Shown here: positions 37,689 through 47,484 of the stretch, one piece after another
Position numbering within the stretch: the stretch's first letter is position 1
How the letters are laid out: each line of letters starts with the position of its first letter
Source: Bryobacterales bacterium
GTDB taxonomy: Bacteria; Acidobacteriota; Terriglobia; Bryobacterales; Bryobacteraceae
Length of the DNA stretch: 64,000 nucleotides
Direction: 5' to 3'
NCBI GenBank assembly: GCA_009697505.1
Contig: SHUD01000003.1
Span: 21,919 to 85,918, forward strand
Made by a program: the position numbers and the translations under genes
Notes under the pieces: model-generated
Databases searched by the model: none
What the model was told of the DNA's origin: nothing
The model's input: only the letters and a program-made list of their open reading frames with translations

Positions 37689-39068
37689 ATGGCGAATCCT
37701 AACTGGATCAAAGCACGGCAGACAAGGTTCGCGGCCTACACCGCCGTTTATGTCCTGATCGTTTTCGGCGTGGTGGGCGTGCTGAATTTCCTGGCCAATC
37801 GTTATAACAAGAGCTACGACGCGACGGCCAACAAGCAATTCAGCCTTTCCGACCAGACCATCAAGATCGCGAGCAACCTGAAGCAGGACGTCACCATTAC
37901 TTACTGGGACCAACCGACGCAATTCGACGCGGCGCGCGGCCTGCTGGACCGCTACAAGAATCTGACCAGCAAGATCAACGTGCAGTATCAGGACGTCGAG
38001 AAGAATCGCACCAAGGCGATTGCGGCCGGCGTAACCCGGCGCGGGGCGGTCCTGATCGATGCCGGCAGCAAACACGAGGAAGCCAAGAGCCTTTCCGAGC
38101 AGGAAGTCACGGGCGCTTTGGTGCGCGCGCTGAAGACGGGGGACAAGAAGATTTGCTTCGTCACCGGCTCTGGTGAGCACGGGCTCGACGACAGCGGTTC
38201 GACCGGATACGCGCAACTGAAGACTCTGATCGAGAACAATAATTACAAAACCCAGACGGCGAACGTGCTGCAGAAGCCGGAGTTGCCCAAGGACTGCACG
38301 ATCGTGGTGGCCGCGGGCCCGTCGCGGGATTATTTGCAGCCGGTGGTCGACGCGCTGAAGAATGCTGTGGAGAGCGGCGGCAAAGCGATTTTCCTGCTGG
38401 ACCCGCCCTTGAAATTCGCCAAGCAAACTTTCGACGAAAACGCCGCGCTGACCAAAGTCCTGGAAGGCTGGGGCGTCACGCTGGATAAGGATCTGGTGAT
38501 CGACACGAGCGGCGTCGGGCAGCTATATGGCCTGGGTCCGGAGATCGCCCTGGTGAGCAGCTACGGGACGCACCCAATCGTGAACGAGATGAAGCGGCTA
38601 TCGGCCGGATTCCCCATCGCGCGGTCGCTGGCGGTTAAGAACGGCGAAAAGACCACGGTGGAGAAACTCTTTGCGACCACCGACGACGCTTTCGCCACGG
38701 CTAACTTGACGCGGGCGGAAATTCAGCAGTCGGCGTCGGACAAGAAAGGCCCGTTGACGCTGGGCGCCGCGGGGACATACAACCTCGGCAAGGAGAGCGC
38801 CAACGGAAGGTTCGTGGTGGTGGGCTCGTCGCTATGGCTCGCCAATAATTATCTGCGGGGACTGGCCGGGAACCGCGATCTCATCATGAACATGCTCAAC
38901 TGGCTGTCCGCGGATGAAGATCTGATATCCATCCGCCCGAAGGAACCGGAAGACCGCCGTCTGACGATGTCGCGGACCCAGATGACCATGGTGTTCTACG
39001 CCAGCGTGCTGGCAATTCCGTTGCTGGTGCTGGCCGCGGGCCTGGGCGTGTGGTGGCAGCGAAGGTAG
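37689..39068 (+). CDS. GldG-like ABC auxiliary component
   Basis: D.TANK.FSLS.QT, F.TG.GE, N.DL..N.LNWL; TM anchors at both ends. Confidence 0.85.
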   Translation: MANPNWIKARQTRFAAYTAVYVLIVFGVVGVLNFLANRYNKSYDATANKQFSLSDQTIKIASNLKQDVTITYWDQPTQFDAARGLLDRYKNLTSKINVQYQDVEKNRTKAIAAGVTRRGAVLIDAGSKHEEAKSLSEQEVTGALVRALKTGDKKICFVTGSGEHGLDDSGSTGYAQLKTLIENNNYKTQTANVLQKPELPKDCTIVVAAGPSRDYLQPVVDALKNAVESGGKAIFLLDPPLKFAKQTFDENAALTKVLEGWGVTLDKDLVIDTSGVGQLYGLGPEIALVSSYGTHPIVNEMKRLSAGFPIARSLAVKNGEKTTVEKLFATTDDAFATANLTRAEIQQSASDKKGPLTLGAAGTYNLGKESANGRFVVVGSSLWLANNYLRGLAGNRDLIMNMLNWLSADEDLISIRPKEPEDRRLTMSRTQMTMVFYASVLAIPLLVLAAGLGVWWQRR

Positions 39069-39080
39069 GGTTTTAAAGAT

Positions 39081-40418
39081 ATGAAGCTGGGACGGATGTT
39101 GACGGCCGCCTTTCTGCTGGCGGTTTTAGGGATTGTGGTTTGGTGGTCGAACCAGCAGGAGAAGGAAAAAGAAGGCAAGCCCGCGTCGGATGCGGCTCCG
39201 CGAATCCTGGAGATCCCGCCCGCTAGTGTGAAGGAAGTCCAGATTCAGCGCCGTGGCGAAGGGCCCACCACGGTTCAGCTCAACGACAAGGGGAATTGGG
39301 TGCTCACGCAGCCCAAGCCGTTCCAGGCGGATTCGGCGGCCGTGGCGGGCATCACCAACACCACAGTCAAGCTGGACTCCCAACGGCTGGTCGATCCGAA
39401 TGCCACCGATCTGGCTTCGTACGGTCTGGCTCCGGCGATGCTGGAAGTCAAGATCACGCAGAATGACGGCAAGGCGACCAAGTTGTTGATCGGGGAAAAC
39501 ACGCCCGCCAACGATGCGGTCTACGTGAAGCTGGATGGCGATCCACGGCTGTTCACATTTAATACGACAAATAAGATCGCCCTCAATAAGGACTTCAAGG
39601 ATTTGCGCGACCGGCATTTGTTCAATTTCGCGCAGGATAAGGTGAGCAAGATCGAAGTCACGGCGCGCAATCAGAATTTCGAACTCAGCAAGCCCAGCGA
39701 CGCCGACTGGCAAATCAGCAAGCCCAAGGCGATGCGGGCCGACAGCATACAAGTGGACGAGCTGATCACCAAGCTGAAGAACGCGTCGATGGATGCGAAC
39801 TTCAGCGACGACGACGCCAAGAAAGCCGCGGCGGCGTTTGGCGGAGCCTCTCCTGTCGCAGTCGCCAAGGTGACCGATCCCGGCGGGGTCAAGACCTTTG
39901 AGGTTCGCAAGGCGAAAGAAGACTTCTATGCCAAGTCGAGCACGCTCGAAGGCATCTACAAAGTGGGCAAAGACGTGGCCGACGGAGTGGACAAGCCGGC
40001 GAACGATTACCGCAACAAGAAAGTTTTCGATTTCGGGTTCGGTGAACTCACACACGTCGACGTGATCGATGGCGCCAGATCTTCCATCTTCGACAAAACC
40101 GGCGACGCCTGGCTGTCTGCCGGCAAGAAGATGGATTCCACCAGCTTGCAGGCGTTCACCGACAAGCTGCGGGATCTGACGGCATCCAAGTTCGCCGATA
40201 CCGGATTCGGAACGCCCGCGGTCACCATCACCGTGGTCTCCAATCAAGGTAAGCACCGCGAGAAAGTGGAAATCGCGCCCATGGCCTCCGGCGGCAACTT
40301 CCTGGCGCGGCACGACGGCGATGCGTCATTCTATGAACTAGAGGCGAACACGGTAAAGGAATTGCGTCAAGCTTCGGGCGACGTGCGCGAAGCTCAGCCG
40401 GAGAAGAAGAAAAAATAG
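39081..40418 (+). CDS. DUF4340 domain protein
   Basis: N-terminal anchor; repeated W....P....AD, YGL, L.IG motifs. Confidence 0.8.
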   Translation: MKLGRMLTAAFLLAVLGIVVWWSNQQEKEKEGKPASDAAPRILEIPPASVKEVQIQRRGEGPTTVQLNDKGNWVLTQPKPFQADSAAVAGITNTTVKLDSQRLVDPNATDLASYGLAPAMLEVKITQNDGKATKLLIGENTPANDAVYVKLDGDPRLFTFNTTNKIALNKDFKDLRDRHLFNFAQDKVSKIEVTARNQNFELSKPSDADWQISKPKAMRADSIQVDELITKLKNASMDANFSDDDAKKAAAAFGGASPVAVAKVTDPGGVKTFEVRKAKEDFYAKSSTLEGIYKVGKDVADGVDKPANDYRNKKVFDFGFGELTHVDVIDGARSSIFDKTGDAWLSAGKKMDSTSLQAFTDKLRDLTASKFADTGFGTPAVTITVVSNQGKHREKVEIAPMASGGNFLARHDGDASFYELEANTVKELRQASGDVREAQPEKKKK

Positions 40419-41752
40419 TGGCCCTAGGCCTGGTCACGGACCTGTATCAGCTCACCATGGCTGCCGGCTACTTCGAAGCCGGGAAAGCGCGGGACCGGGC
40501 CACGTTCGAACTCTCCGTGCGGCGGCTGCCGCAAAATCGCAACTTCATCTTGACGGCAGGACTGGCGCAAGCCGTCGACTACCTGCTCAATTTCCGCATC
40601 ACGCCGGAGGAGATCGCCTACCTGCGCGGCATCCCGCAATTCCGTTACGCCAGCAACGCCTTTTTCGACATGCTGGCGGAATTGCGCTTCACGGGCGATC
40701 TGTTCGCGGTGCCGGAGGGGACTCCGGTATTCGCGGGCGAGCCGTTCCTGACGGTGCGAGCGCCGATCATCGAAGCGCAGATCCCGGAAACGTATTTGCT
40801 GGCGATGGTCGGCTTTCAATCGTCGATTGCGACGAAAGCGGCACGCGTCGTCAAAGCAGCTTTGGGGCGCGATGTAATCGAATTCGGCACCCGGCGCGCG
40901 CATTCTCCTGAAGCGGGCGTGCTGGCCGGGCGCGCAGCTTACATCGGAGGCTGCGTGGGAACCAGCAACGCCGAAACCGGGTTCCGCTACAAGGTGCACG
41001 TGTTCGGGACTGCCGCGCATTCCTGGGTGATGTCGTTCGCCAGCGAGCGGACCGCATACGAACAACTGCAAAAGCTGCTGCGGGAACGGACCGTCCACTT
41101 GATCGACACCTACGACACGTTGGAGGGCGCGAAACTCGCCGCATCGATCGGGAAGCCGCTGTGGGGCGTGCGCTTGGACAGCGGCAATCTGATTGAACTG
41201 GCCCCCGCCGTGCGCAAAATTTTGGATGACGCGGGTTTGCCGGACGCCAAGATCATGGCGACGGGTGATCTGAATGAACACAAGATTCACGAGCTGGTGG
41301 CCGCGCGCGCTCCCATTGACGTGTTCGGGGTAGGAACGGATCTGGCGACGTCATCGGACGCGCCGTCGCTGGGCGTGATTTACAAAATGGTGGAGATGGA
41401 GACGGAGCAGGAACATCGCTACACGGCGAAGTTCAGTCACGAGAAGCACTCGCTGCCTGGAGCCAAGCAGATTTTCCGGTTCGCGGATCACGATGTGCTG
41501 GGGCGGTCGACCGAATGTATTTCTTGTGCGGACGATGGCGTGGAGGCGTTGCAGCGGCCGGTAATTCTGGGCGGCAAGCTCGTGGAGCTGCTGCCAACGG
41601 CGGCGCAGGCCCGGCAGAAAGCGATCGAGCGCTTGGCGCGGCTACCCGCACCGTGCCACAGCCTGTTTGAGGCGAAGGACGCCTGGCGCGTGGAATTAAG
41701 CCATGAATTGCAAGAACTTGACGAGCGTGTTCGCAAGGAGTTGGGCGGGTGA
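40418..41752 (+). CDS. pncB: Nicotinate phosphoribosyltransferase
   Basis: TDLYQLTM, EFGTRRAH, GTSN, GTAAHSW, LIDTYDT, GVRLDSG. Confidence 0.93.
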   Translation: MALGLVTDLYQLTMAAGYFEAGKARDRATFELSVRRLPQNRNFILTAGLAQAVDYLLNFRITPEEIAYLRGIPQFRYASNAFFDMLAELRFTGDLFAVPEGTPVFAGEPFLTVRAPIIEAQIPETYLLAMVGFQSSIATKAARVVKAALGRDVIEFGTRRAHSPEAGVLAGRAAYIGGCVGTSNAETGFRYKVHVFGTAAHSWVMSFASERTAYEQLQKLLRERTVHLIDTYDTLEGAKLAASIGKPLWGVRLDSGNLIELAPAVRKILDDAGLPDAKIMATGDLNEHKIHELVAARAPIDVFGVGTDLATSSDAPSLGVIYKMVEMETEQEHRYTAKFSHEKHSLPGAKQIFRFADHDVLGRSTECISCADDGVEALQRPVILGGKLVELLPTAAQARQKAIERLARLPAPCHSLFEAKDAWRVELSHELQELDERVRKELGG

Positions 41753-42348
41753 AGACGGTCTTTGTTGACGTCGACACGCAGCTTGATTTTCTGTATCCAT
41801 CGGGCGCGCTGTACGTGCCGGGAGCGGAGAAAATCGTCGAGCAGATCGCGTCGGTGAACCGTTTCGCGGGCGCACATGGGATTCCCGTGATCTCCACCAT
41901 GGACGCGCACGCCGAGAACGATCCTGAATTTCAAGGTTGGCCGGCGCATTGCGTGGCCGGAACGCTCGGGCAACAGAAACCGGCTGCGACGTTGCTCGAG
42001 CGCAGAGTGGTGGTTGCGAACCGGCCCGGCGCGATAGCGATCGACGGCGCACAGCAGATTTTGCTTGAAAAGCAGGTACTCGACTGCTTCAGCAATGTGC
42101 ATCTGAACGGGATTTTGGACCAGTTGGGCGCGGAACGCTACGTGGTCTACGGCGTGGTCACCGAAATCTGCGTGAAATTCGCGGCGGAGGGACTGCTGAA
42201 GACCGGCAGGCGGGTCGAATTGGTCACGGATGCAGTTCGCGGACTCAACGATTCGGCAGTCGCGGAAATGACCACGGGGTTTGTGACACGAGGCGGCTTG
42301 CTGACCACGGTGGCGGACGTAACGGCGTCCCAAGGCCGGCGGGTGTAA
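41749..42348 (+). CDS. pncA: Nicotinamidase/isochorismatase family
   Basis: DVDTQ.DF..P.GALYV, D.H, WPAHC..GT.G, GV.TEICV; overlaps pncB. Confidence 0.85.
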   Translation: MKTVFVDVDTQLDFLYPSGALYVPGAEKIVEQIASVNRFAGAHGIPVISTMDAHAENDPEFQGWPAHCVAGTLGQQKPAATLLERRVVVANRPGAIAIDGAQQILLEKQVLDCFSNVHLNGILDQLGAERYVVYGVVTEICVKFAAEGLLKTGRRVELVTDAVRGLNDSAVAEMTTGFVTRGGLLTTVADVTASQGRRV

Positions 42349-42357
42349 AATCGAGGC

Positions 42358-42900
42358 ATGAGCACCAAGACGCTCACAACAGCCGCTGAGCTGGAACAGA
42401 TGCCCGACGACGATTCGGTGCGCACCGAATTGGACCAAGGGGAACTCATCACGATGCCTCCGGCTGGATTGGATCACTGCGATTGTGGCGCTGAGATCAC
42501 GCGTTTACTGGGGAATTTTGTTAGGGAGCATGCCCTCGGTAAGGTCTATAGCGGAGAAGCCGGCTTCCGATTGAGCGACGACACCGTGCGCGCCCCCGGC
42601 GTGGCGTTTGTCCGTAAGGAGCGCGTAGCCACGGTTCATCGCCGGGGTTTCGGCGTGGGCGCTCCGGACCTGGCCGTCGAAAGTTTCTCGCCTAACGATA
42701 GCGTCCGGCAACTGATGCGCAAGGTAAAACAGTATTTCGCGGCGGGCTGCCACACGGTGTGGATCGTGTATCCGGACCGCCGCGAGATCCAGATTCTCGA
42801 CGCCAAGGGCACGGACCGGCTGCTCGGCCCCGAGGACACGCTCGAAGCGCCCGAACTTCTGCCCGGATTTTCCGCGCCTGTTGCTCCGATTTTCGGCTGA
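42358..42900 (+). CDS. Uma2 (DUF820) family endonuclease-like protein
   Basis: EL..GE...MPP....H, APDLAVE..SP.D, K...YF.AG...VW.V.P. Confidence 0.88.
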   Translation: MSTKTLTTAAELEQMPDDDSVRTELDQGELITMPPAGLDHCDCGAEITRLLGNFVREHALGKVYSGEAGFRLSDDTVRAPGVAFVRKERVATVHRRGFGVGAPDLAVESFSPNDSVRQLMRKVKQYFAAGCHTVWIVYPDRREIQILDAKGTDRLLGPEDTLEAPELLPGFSAPVAPIFG

Positions 42901-42968
42901 ACCACTTGGGATATAATTTTGGGGACGCTGCCACATGTGACCGGCAAAGTCATGGAAGGGGAATATCT

Positions 42969-43811
42969 ATGAAATCTATAATCGCGCTCGCGGCACTGCT
43001 CGCGATGGCTATCGTGATGACCGGAGCCGGCGTTTCCGCGCCGGCGATTTATGTGGACCACAACAAAGTCAATGCGACTTTTGGAGCCAGGGGAGCGGGC
43101 AACACGGGATCAATCACCGGTTCGCCGATCCGCACGGTTGGCAATACGCGCAGCAAGCCCGGAGAGTCCGAAATTCACGAGAACGTCGCCGACGTTTTCA
43201 TGGTGATGGAAGGCGGCTCGACGTTCGTAATGGGCGGAACCGTGACCGGCGGCAAGACCACGGCTCCCGGCGAAATCAAAGGTACGGGCGTCCAGGGCGG
43301 AAAGACAGTTCAATTGAGCAAGGGCGACGTCGTGATCGTTCCGGCGGGCGTGGCTCACTGGCACAAAGAAGTTGCCAAGTCGATCACCTATTACACGGTG
43401 AAAGTGCCGAAGTCGGCGGCCGCGCCGGGCGGTGGAGAAGCCGTGTATGTCTCCCACGACAAAGTGAACATGGCGTTCGGCAAACGGGAAGGCGGCAACG
43501 CCGGCCGTATCGCCACGTCGCCGATCCGCGTGGTTGGCAATCAGCGCAACACGCCGGGCGAATCCGAAATTCACGAGAACGTCGCCGACGTGTTCATGGT
43601 GATGGAAGGCGGCTCCACGTTCGTGAGCGGCGGGACGGTAGTGGGCGGCAAGACGACGGCTCCGGGCGAGATCAAGGGGACGAGCGTCCAGGGCGGCGAG
43701 ACCCGTCAGCTCAGCAAGGGCGATGTGGTCGTGGTCCCGGCGGGCGTTCCGCACTGGCACAAGGCCGTTTCCGGGTCGATCGTGTACTACACGGTCAAAG
43801 TTCCTAAATAG
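42969..43811 (+). CDS. Secreted protein with two tandem cupin domains
   Basis: Signal peptide; two near-identical copies of ESEIHENVADVFMVMEGG...GDVV.VPAGV.HWHK. Confidence 0.85.
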   Translation: MKSIIALAALLAMAIVMTGAGVSAPAIYVDHNKVNATFGARGAGNTGSITGSPIRTVGNTRSKPGESEIHENVADVFMVMEGGSTFVMGGTVTGGKTTAPGEIKGTGVQGGKTVQLSKGDVVIVPAGVAHWHKEVAKSITYYTVKVPKSAAAPGGGEAVYVSHDKVNMAFGKREGGNAGRIATSPIRVVGNQRNTPGESEIHENVADVFMVMEGGSTFVSGGTVVGGKTTAPGEIKGTSVQGGETRQLSKGDVVVVPAGVPHWHKAVSGSIVYYTVKVPK

Positions 43812-43831
43812 AAACTCACTGTAGTTTTTGG

Positions 43832-43872
43832 TGGCCCCTCCAGTCCTAACCGGGATTGCGAGGGGCCTTTTT
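43832..43872 (+). terminator. Rho-independent terminator
   Basis: GGCCCCTC...GAGGGGCC stem followed by TTTTT, just after the cupin stop. Confidence 0.7.
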
Positions 43873-45093
43873 GTTTCCACGTTCCAAGACCAGCTTCAGC
43901 AGTGGCGGAGCGCTCAAGTCGCAGAGCAGGATTGCCAGCACGAGGGCGGAAAACGTGGCCGCAGAGACAACCGGCGTTCCTCCCAGCATGAGCGTGGCGC
44001 CCATTCCCGCAAAGATGAGGCCGACTTCGCCGCGTGGGATCATGCCGATTCCGATGGCTAGCCGGTTCACGCCGCGTTCCCGCGTTCCCCATCCGCAGAT
44101 CAGCTTGCCGGTAATTGCCGCCACGGCGGTCAACGCGGCAAGGCCCAGCACGGACGGGGACGCGAAGCTCCTCAGATCCACGCGGAAACCCATCATCACG
44201 AAAAACACAGGAACGATGAGAGTGGTGATGGGAAAGAGTAGTTCTTCGACCTTGCGTTCGCCGCGCTCGCGGAAGGGATGGTAGTGGACTTCGTCCAAGA
44301 CCACGCCGGCGGCAAAAGCGCCGACCATCGGCGCGAGGCCGGCGAAACCGGCAATGGCGGAGACCAAGAAGCAGAAGCACACGCACAAGCCCAAGAGCAC
44401 TCCGGGAACTTTCAATTTGGCGGCGTAAAGGAAAACGCGCTGCGACCAGAAACGGCCAATGACCACCGCCACCATCAAGAACAGCAAGGCCTTGCTGACA
44501 ATCCAAGCGACGGCGCCTAAGCTGAAGCCTCCTGTTGCGGAACCCGCTTTGGCGGCCGTCACCAGGCCGCTGACCACAGCGAGCACTACCAGTCCGATCA
44601 CATCATCAGCCACCGCTGCGCCTAGTATGATGCGGGCTTCCTTGGTGTTGGATTTTCCGAGGTCTTTTAATACGCGGGCAGTGATGCCGACGCTGGTGGC
44701 GGTGAGCGTACCGCCGACGAACAGGTGAGTCAGCCAGCTCGCGTCCGGCAAGAGCACGGCGGAAACGATGTAGCCCAGGGCGAGCGGTGCGATGACGCCC
44801 ACCGCCGCTACCAGCAGCGACGACCAGCCCACGGCCAGCAACTGCATCAGATCCGACTCGACGCCGACTTCAAACAGCAGCAGGATAGCCCCGATTTCGG
44901 CCAGCAGGCGCAGCATCTCGCTGGTACGCAGCGGCTCCAGCGCAGTAACTCCGAACAACGGAAGGTTGCCCAGCACGACGCCCATCAGCAGTTCGCCCAG
45001 TACCGGGGGCTGTCCCAACCGCCCGAGCAACTCGCCTCCGAGTTTCGCTGCGACGACGTTGAGCGCCAGGACCAACAACGCCTGGCGCATCAT
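43846..45093 (-). CDS. Cation:proton antiporter, CPA2 family
   Basis: GQP.VLGELL.G, ATSVGITARVL, LGAAV.DDV.G, GMIPRGEVGLIFA. Confidence 0.92.
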   Translation of the reverse strand: MMRQALLVLALNVVAAKLGGELLGRLGQPPVLGELLMGVVLGNLPLFGVTALEPLRTSEMLRLLAEIGAILLLFEVGVESDLMQLLAVGWSSLLVAAVGVIAPLALGYIVSAVLLPDASWLTHLFVGGTLTATSVGITARVLKDLGKSNTKEARIILGAAVADDVIGLVVLAVVSGLVTAAKAGSATGGFSLGAVAWIVSKALLFLMVAVVIGRFWSQRVFLYAAKLKVPGVLLGLCVCFCFLVSAIAGFAGLAPMVGAFAAGVVLDEVHYHPFRERGERKVEELLFPITTLIVPVFFVMMGFRVDLRSFASPSVLGLAALTAVAAITGKLICGWGTRERGVNRLAIGIGMIPRGEVGLIFAGMGATLMLGGTPVVSAATFSALVLAILLCDLSAPPLLKLVLERGNKKAPRNPG

Positions 45094-45341
45094 TTCTCCG
45101 GAATCGATTACGAGTGTCAAGACGGGCCGCATTCACGCTACCATCAGACGCCGCACGACCCTAACGTTCGTGGGTTTCGCCGCCAGCGGACTGGGCGAGC
45201 AGGGAATCTGTGGATATTTGTAGTCTAGCCGCCGGACATTTTTCTGTCCAATCAATAATTTCAATTGCAACACAAGCAAATTTAAATGAGGTCTAACCGA
45301 TAGACCCGGTGTAAACATGCCGTGTGAGGTACCATGGCCGC

Positions 45342-46466
45342 ATGCGACTCTCCGCGATTTTGGGTGCCACCCTCTTTCTTGCATGCGCAGCGTTCGCCGA
45401 TGATGGCCAGCGCGTTCTAAGCGTCGATCATTATGTGCCGCTGCGTTCGACCGCGCCGGGGTCCACTGGCCAAACGACAACGATATACGTGCGTGAACTG
45501 GTGCAGGCGGGGATGAGCTTGCGCGGAGCGACGCCGGCCGAACATGTAGCTTTGTTCATTCACGGCGCTGGCACTCCGGCGGAAGTCGCGTTCGATGTGC
45601 CGCATCAGGATTACAGTTGGATGGGTTTTCTGGCTCGTGCCGGATTCGATGTGTTCTCGATGGATATGACCGGCTACGGACGCTCGACGCGTCCAGAAGC
45701 CATGAACGATCCCTGCAATCTGTCGAAGGAGCAGCAGGCGGCTTTCATTCCCAGCCTGATTCCCTCCCCTTGCAGCCCGCGCAACGCGCGCCCGCTCACG
45801 ACCATCGCCTCCGATTGGGACGACATTGACGCGGTAGTGAATCACATCCGCACGCTGCGGCGCGTGGATAAGATTAGCCTCCTGGGTTGGTCGCAGGGCG
45901 GACCACGAGCGGGAGGATACGCCGCGCGTAATCCGGAGAAAGTTTTGAAGCTCGTGCTGCTCGCGCCGGCCTACAATCGCGCAATGCCGCTGGAACAACC
46001 GGCGGGTGCGTTCACCGCGGCGCCGATGAACACGCAGTCGCGCGCGGAGTTCGTCGCCAATTGGGACCGCCAGGTGGGTTGCTCGGAGCAGTATCAGCCG
46101 GGGACCAGCGAAACCGTGTGGACGGAAATGATCCTCTCGGATCCGCAAGGGGCAACCTGGGGCACCGGCGTGCGCCGCGCGCCCACCGTACCAACGTGGG
46201 GCTGGAACCAGTCCGTGGTTTCCAAAATGCAGGTGCCGACGCTGATGATCTCCGGGGTCCACGACAAGCAAGTTCCGCTCGAGCGCGTGCGTGACCTGTA
46301 TCAGGATATCGGCGCGGCCAAGAAGGTGTTCATCGATCTGGCGTGCTCCTCGCACAATGCCATGTGGGAGAAGAACCATATCCTGATGTTCCGCGCATCG
46401 CTGGAGTGGCTGACTACGACGACCGTCAACGGCCAGCCGGAGGGCATGCAGCGGCTGGGGTATTAG
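45342..46466 (+). CDS. Secreted alpha/beta hydrolase
   Basis: Signal peptide; FIHG, D.TGYGRS, GWSQGG. Confidence 0.85.
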   Translation: MRLSAILGATLFLACAAFADDGQRVLSVDHYVPLRSTAPGSTGQTTTIYVRELVQAGMSLRGATPAEHVALFIHGAGTPAEVAFDVPHQDYSWMGFLARAGFDVFSMDMTGYGRSTRPEAMNDPCNLSKEQQAAFIPSLIPSPCSPRNARPLTTIASDWDDIDAVVNHIRTLRRVDKISLLGWSQGGPRAGGYAARNPEKVLKLVLLAPAYNRAMPLEQPAGAFTAAPMNTQSRAEFVANWDRQVGCSEQYQPGTSETVWTEMILSDPQGATWGTGVRRAPTVPTWGWNQSVVSKMQVPTLMISGVHDKQVPLERVRDLYQDIGAAKKVFIDLACSSHNAMWEKNHILMFRASLEWLTTTTVNGQPEGMQRLGY

Positions 46467-47266
46467 GTTCCGCGCGCTAGCGCCAGCAAGGCCGCCGCGA
46501 TTTCCGCCGGGCGTTCCAGCGGCGTCAAGTGGCGCCCTTTCAGGATGACGAGCTTGGAACCGGGAATCCCCGCGTGCAGGAACTCCGATGCGGCCACGGG
46601 CGTCGCCGGATCCTGGTCTCCCACAAGGATGGTAACGGGCATGGTCAGCTTGTGCAAAGTGGAGCGCTGATCCAGAGTTCCCAGCATGGTGCAGGCCGCC
46701 GCGTAGCAATCCAGGTCATTGGCTGCAAACACGGCGTTCACTCTTGCCAGCACATCGACGTTGGCGGCCGCAAACGCATCCGTGACCCAGCGCTCGACCT
46801 GCATGGGAATCATCGACGCGAGTCCCTTGGTCCGGCTGGTTTCGATGCGATCCTGCCATATTTCAGGAGAACCGTAGGACGCGCTTGTGTCCACAAGTCC
46901 CAAGCCCTGGGCTCGCGCAGGGTACAAAACGCCAAAGGCCTGACTCACGTTGCCACCCATCGAGCAGCCAGCAACCACGGCCGTGGACCAGCCCACGTGA
47001 TCGAGAAGTTCCGCCAGATCCCGCGCCAATAGATCCGGCGTGAAGGGAGTGCGGGCATCGCGAGAGGACTTGCCATGCCCGCGGCAATCGTAAATCAGCA
47101 AGGAGGCCTGATCGCCAATCCCGGCGGCAACCAGATCCCACAAGCTGCGATCGAGCCCCAACGAGTGCGCCAACACGATGCGGTGCGGCGAGCCGGAAGC
47201 GGAGTGCAGCGTGTAGCCGATGGAGCAGCCGTCCGAGGTGTGGACTTCCGAAGATTGCGTAAACAT
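46463..47266 (-). CDS. 3-oxoadipate enol-lactonase-like hydrolase
   Basis: HSLG.D...W, YD.RGHG.S, GCSMGG, D.ATP, H...LE.P. Confidence 0.82.
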   Translation of the reverse strand: MFTQSSEVHTSDGCSIGYTLHSASGSPHRIVLAHSLGLDRSLWDLVAAGIGDQASLLIYDCRGHGKSSRDARTPFTPDLLARDLAELLDHVGWSTAVVAGCSMGGNVSQAFGVLYPARAQGLGLVDTSASYGSPEIWQDRIETSRTKGLASMIPMQVERWVTDAFAAANVDVLARVNAVFAANDLDCYAAACTMLGTLDQRSTLHKLTMPVTILVGDQDPATPVAASEFLHAGIPGSKLVILKGRHLTPLERPAEIAAALLALARGT

Positions 47267-47484
47267 CCGTGTGGTTCCTTCCGGCTTTCCCTATTGTAAG
47301 ACCGGGTCGTAAGTATGTCCGACGTAGGCGTAGTAGGTTCACAATTCCCGGTCTAGTACTAAGCGACTTTTGGTTCCATCACCCGTTGTTTCTCCGAATT
47401 GTTCGGACTGCCATTGCGGGATACGCTGCCTTATCGGCGAAAACACATGCCGACTCATCAAGCCAGGAACGAGGAGAACCAAGC

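Noticed and set aside
35903..40418. Gliding motility machinery
   Set aside because: GldA/F/G-like ABC systems with DUF4340 are widespread; no other gliding genes in the window
45094..45320. Fluoride or Na+/Li+ riboswitch upstream of the CPA2 antiporter
   Set aside because: I could not match the crcB or nhaA-type consensus; only an AT-rich promoter region and a small hairpin
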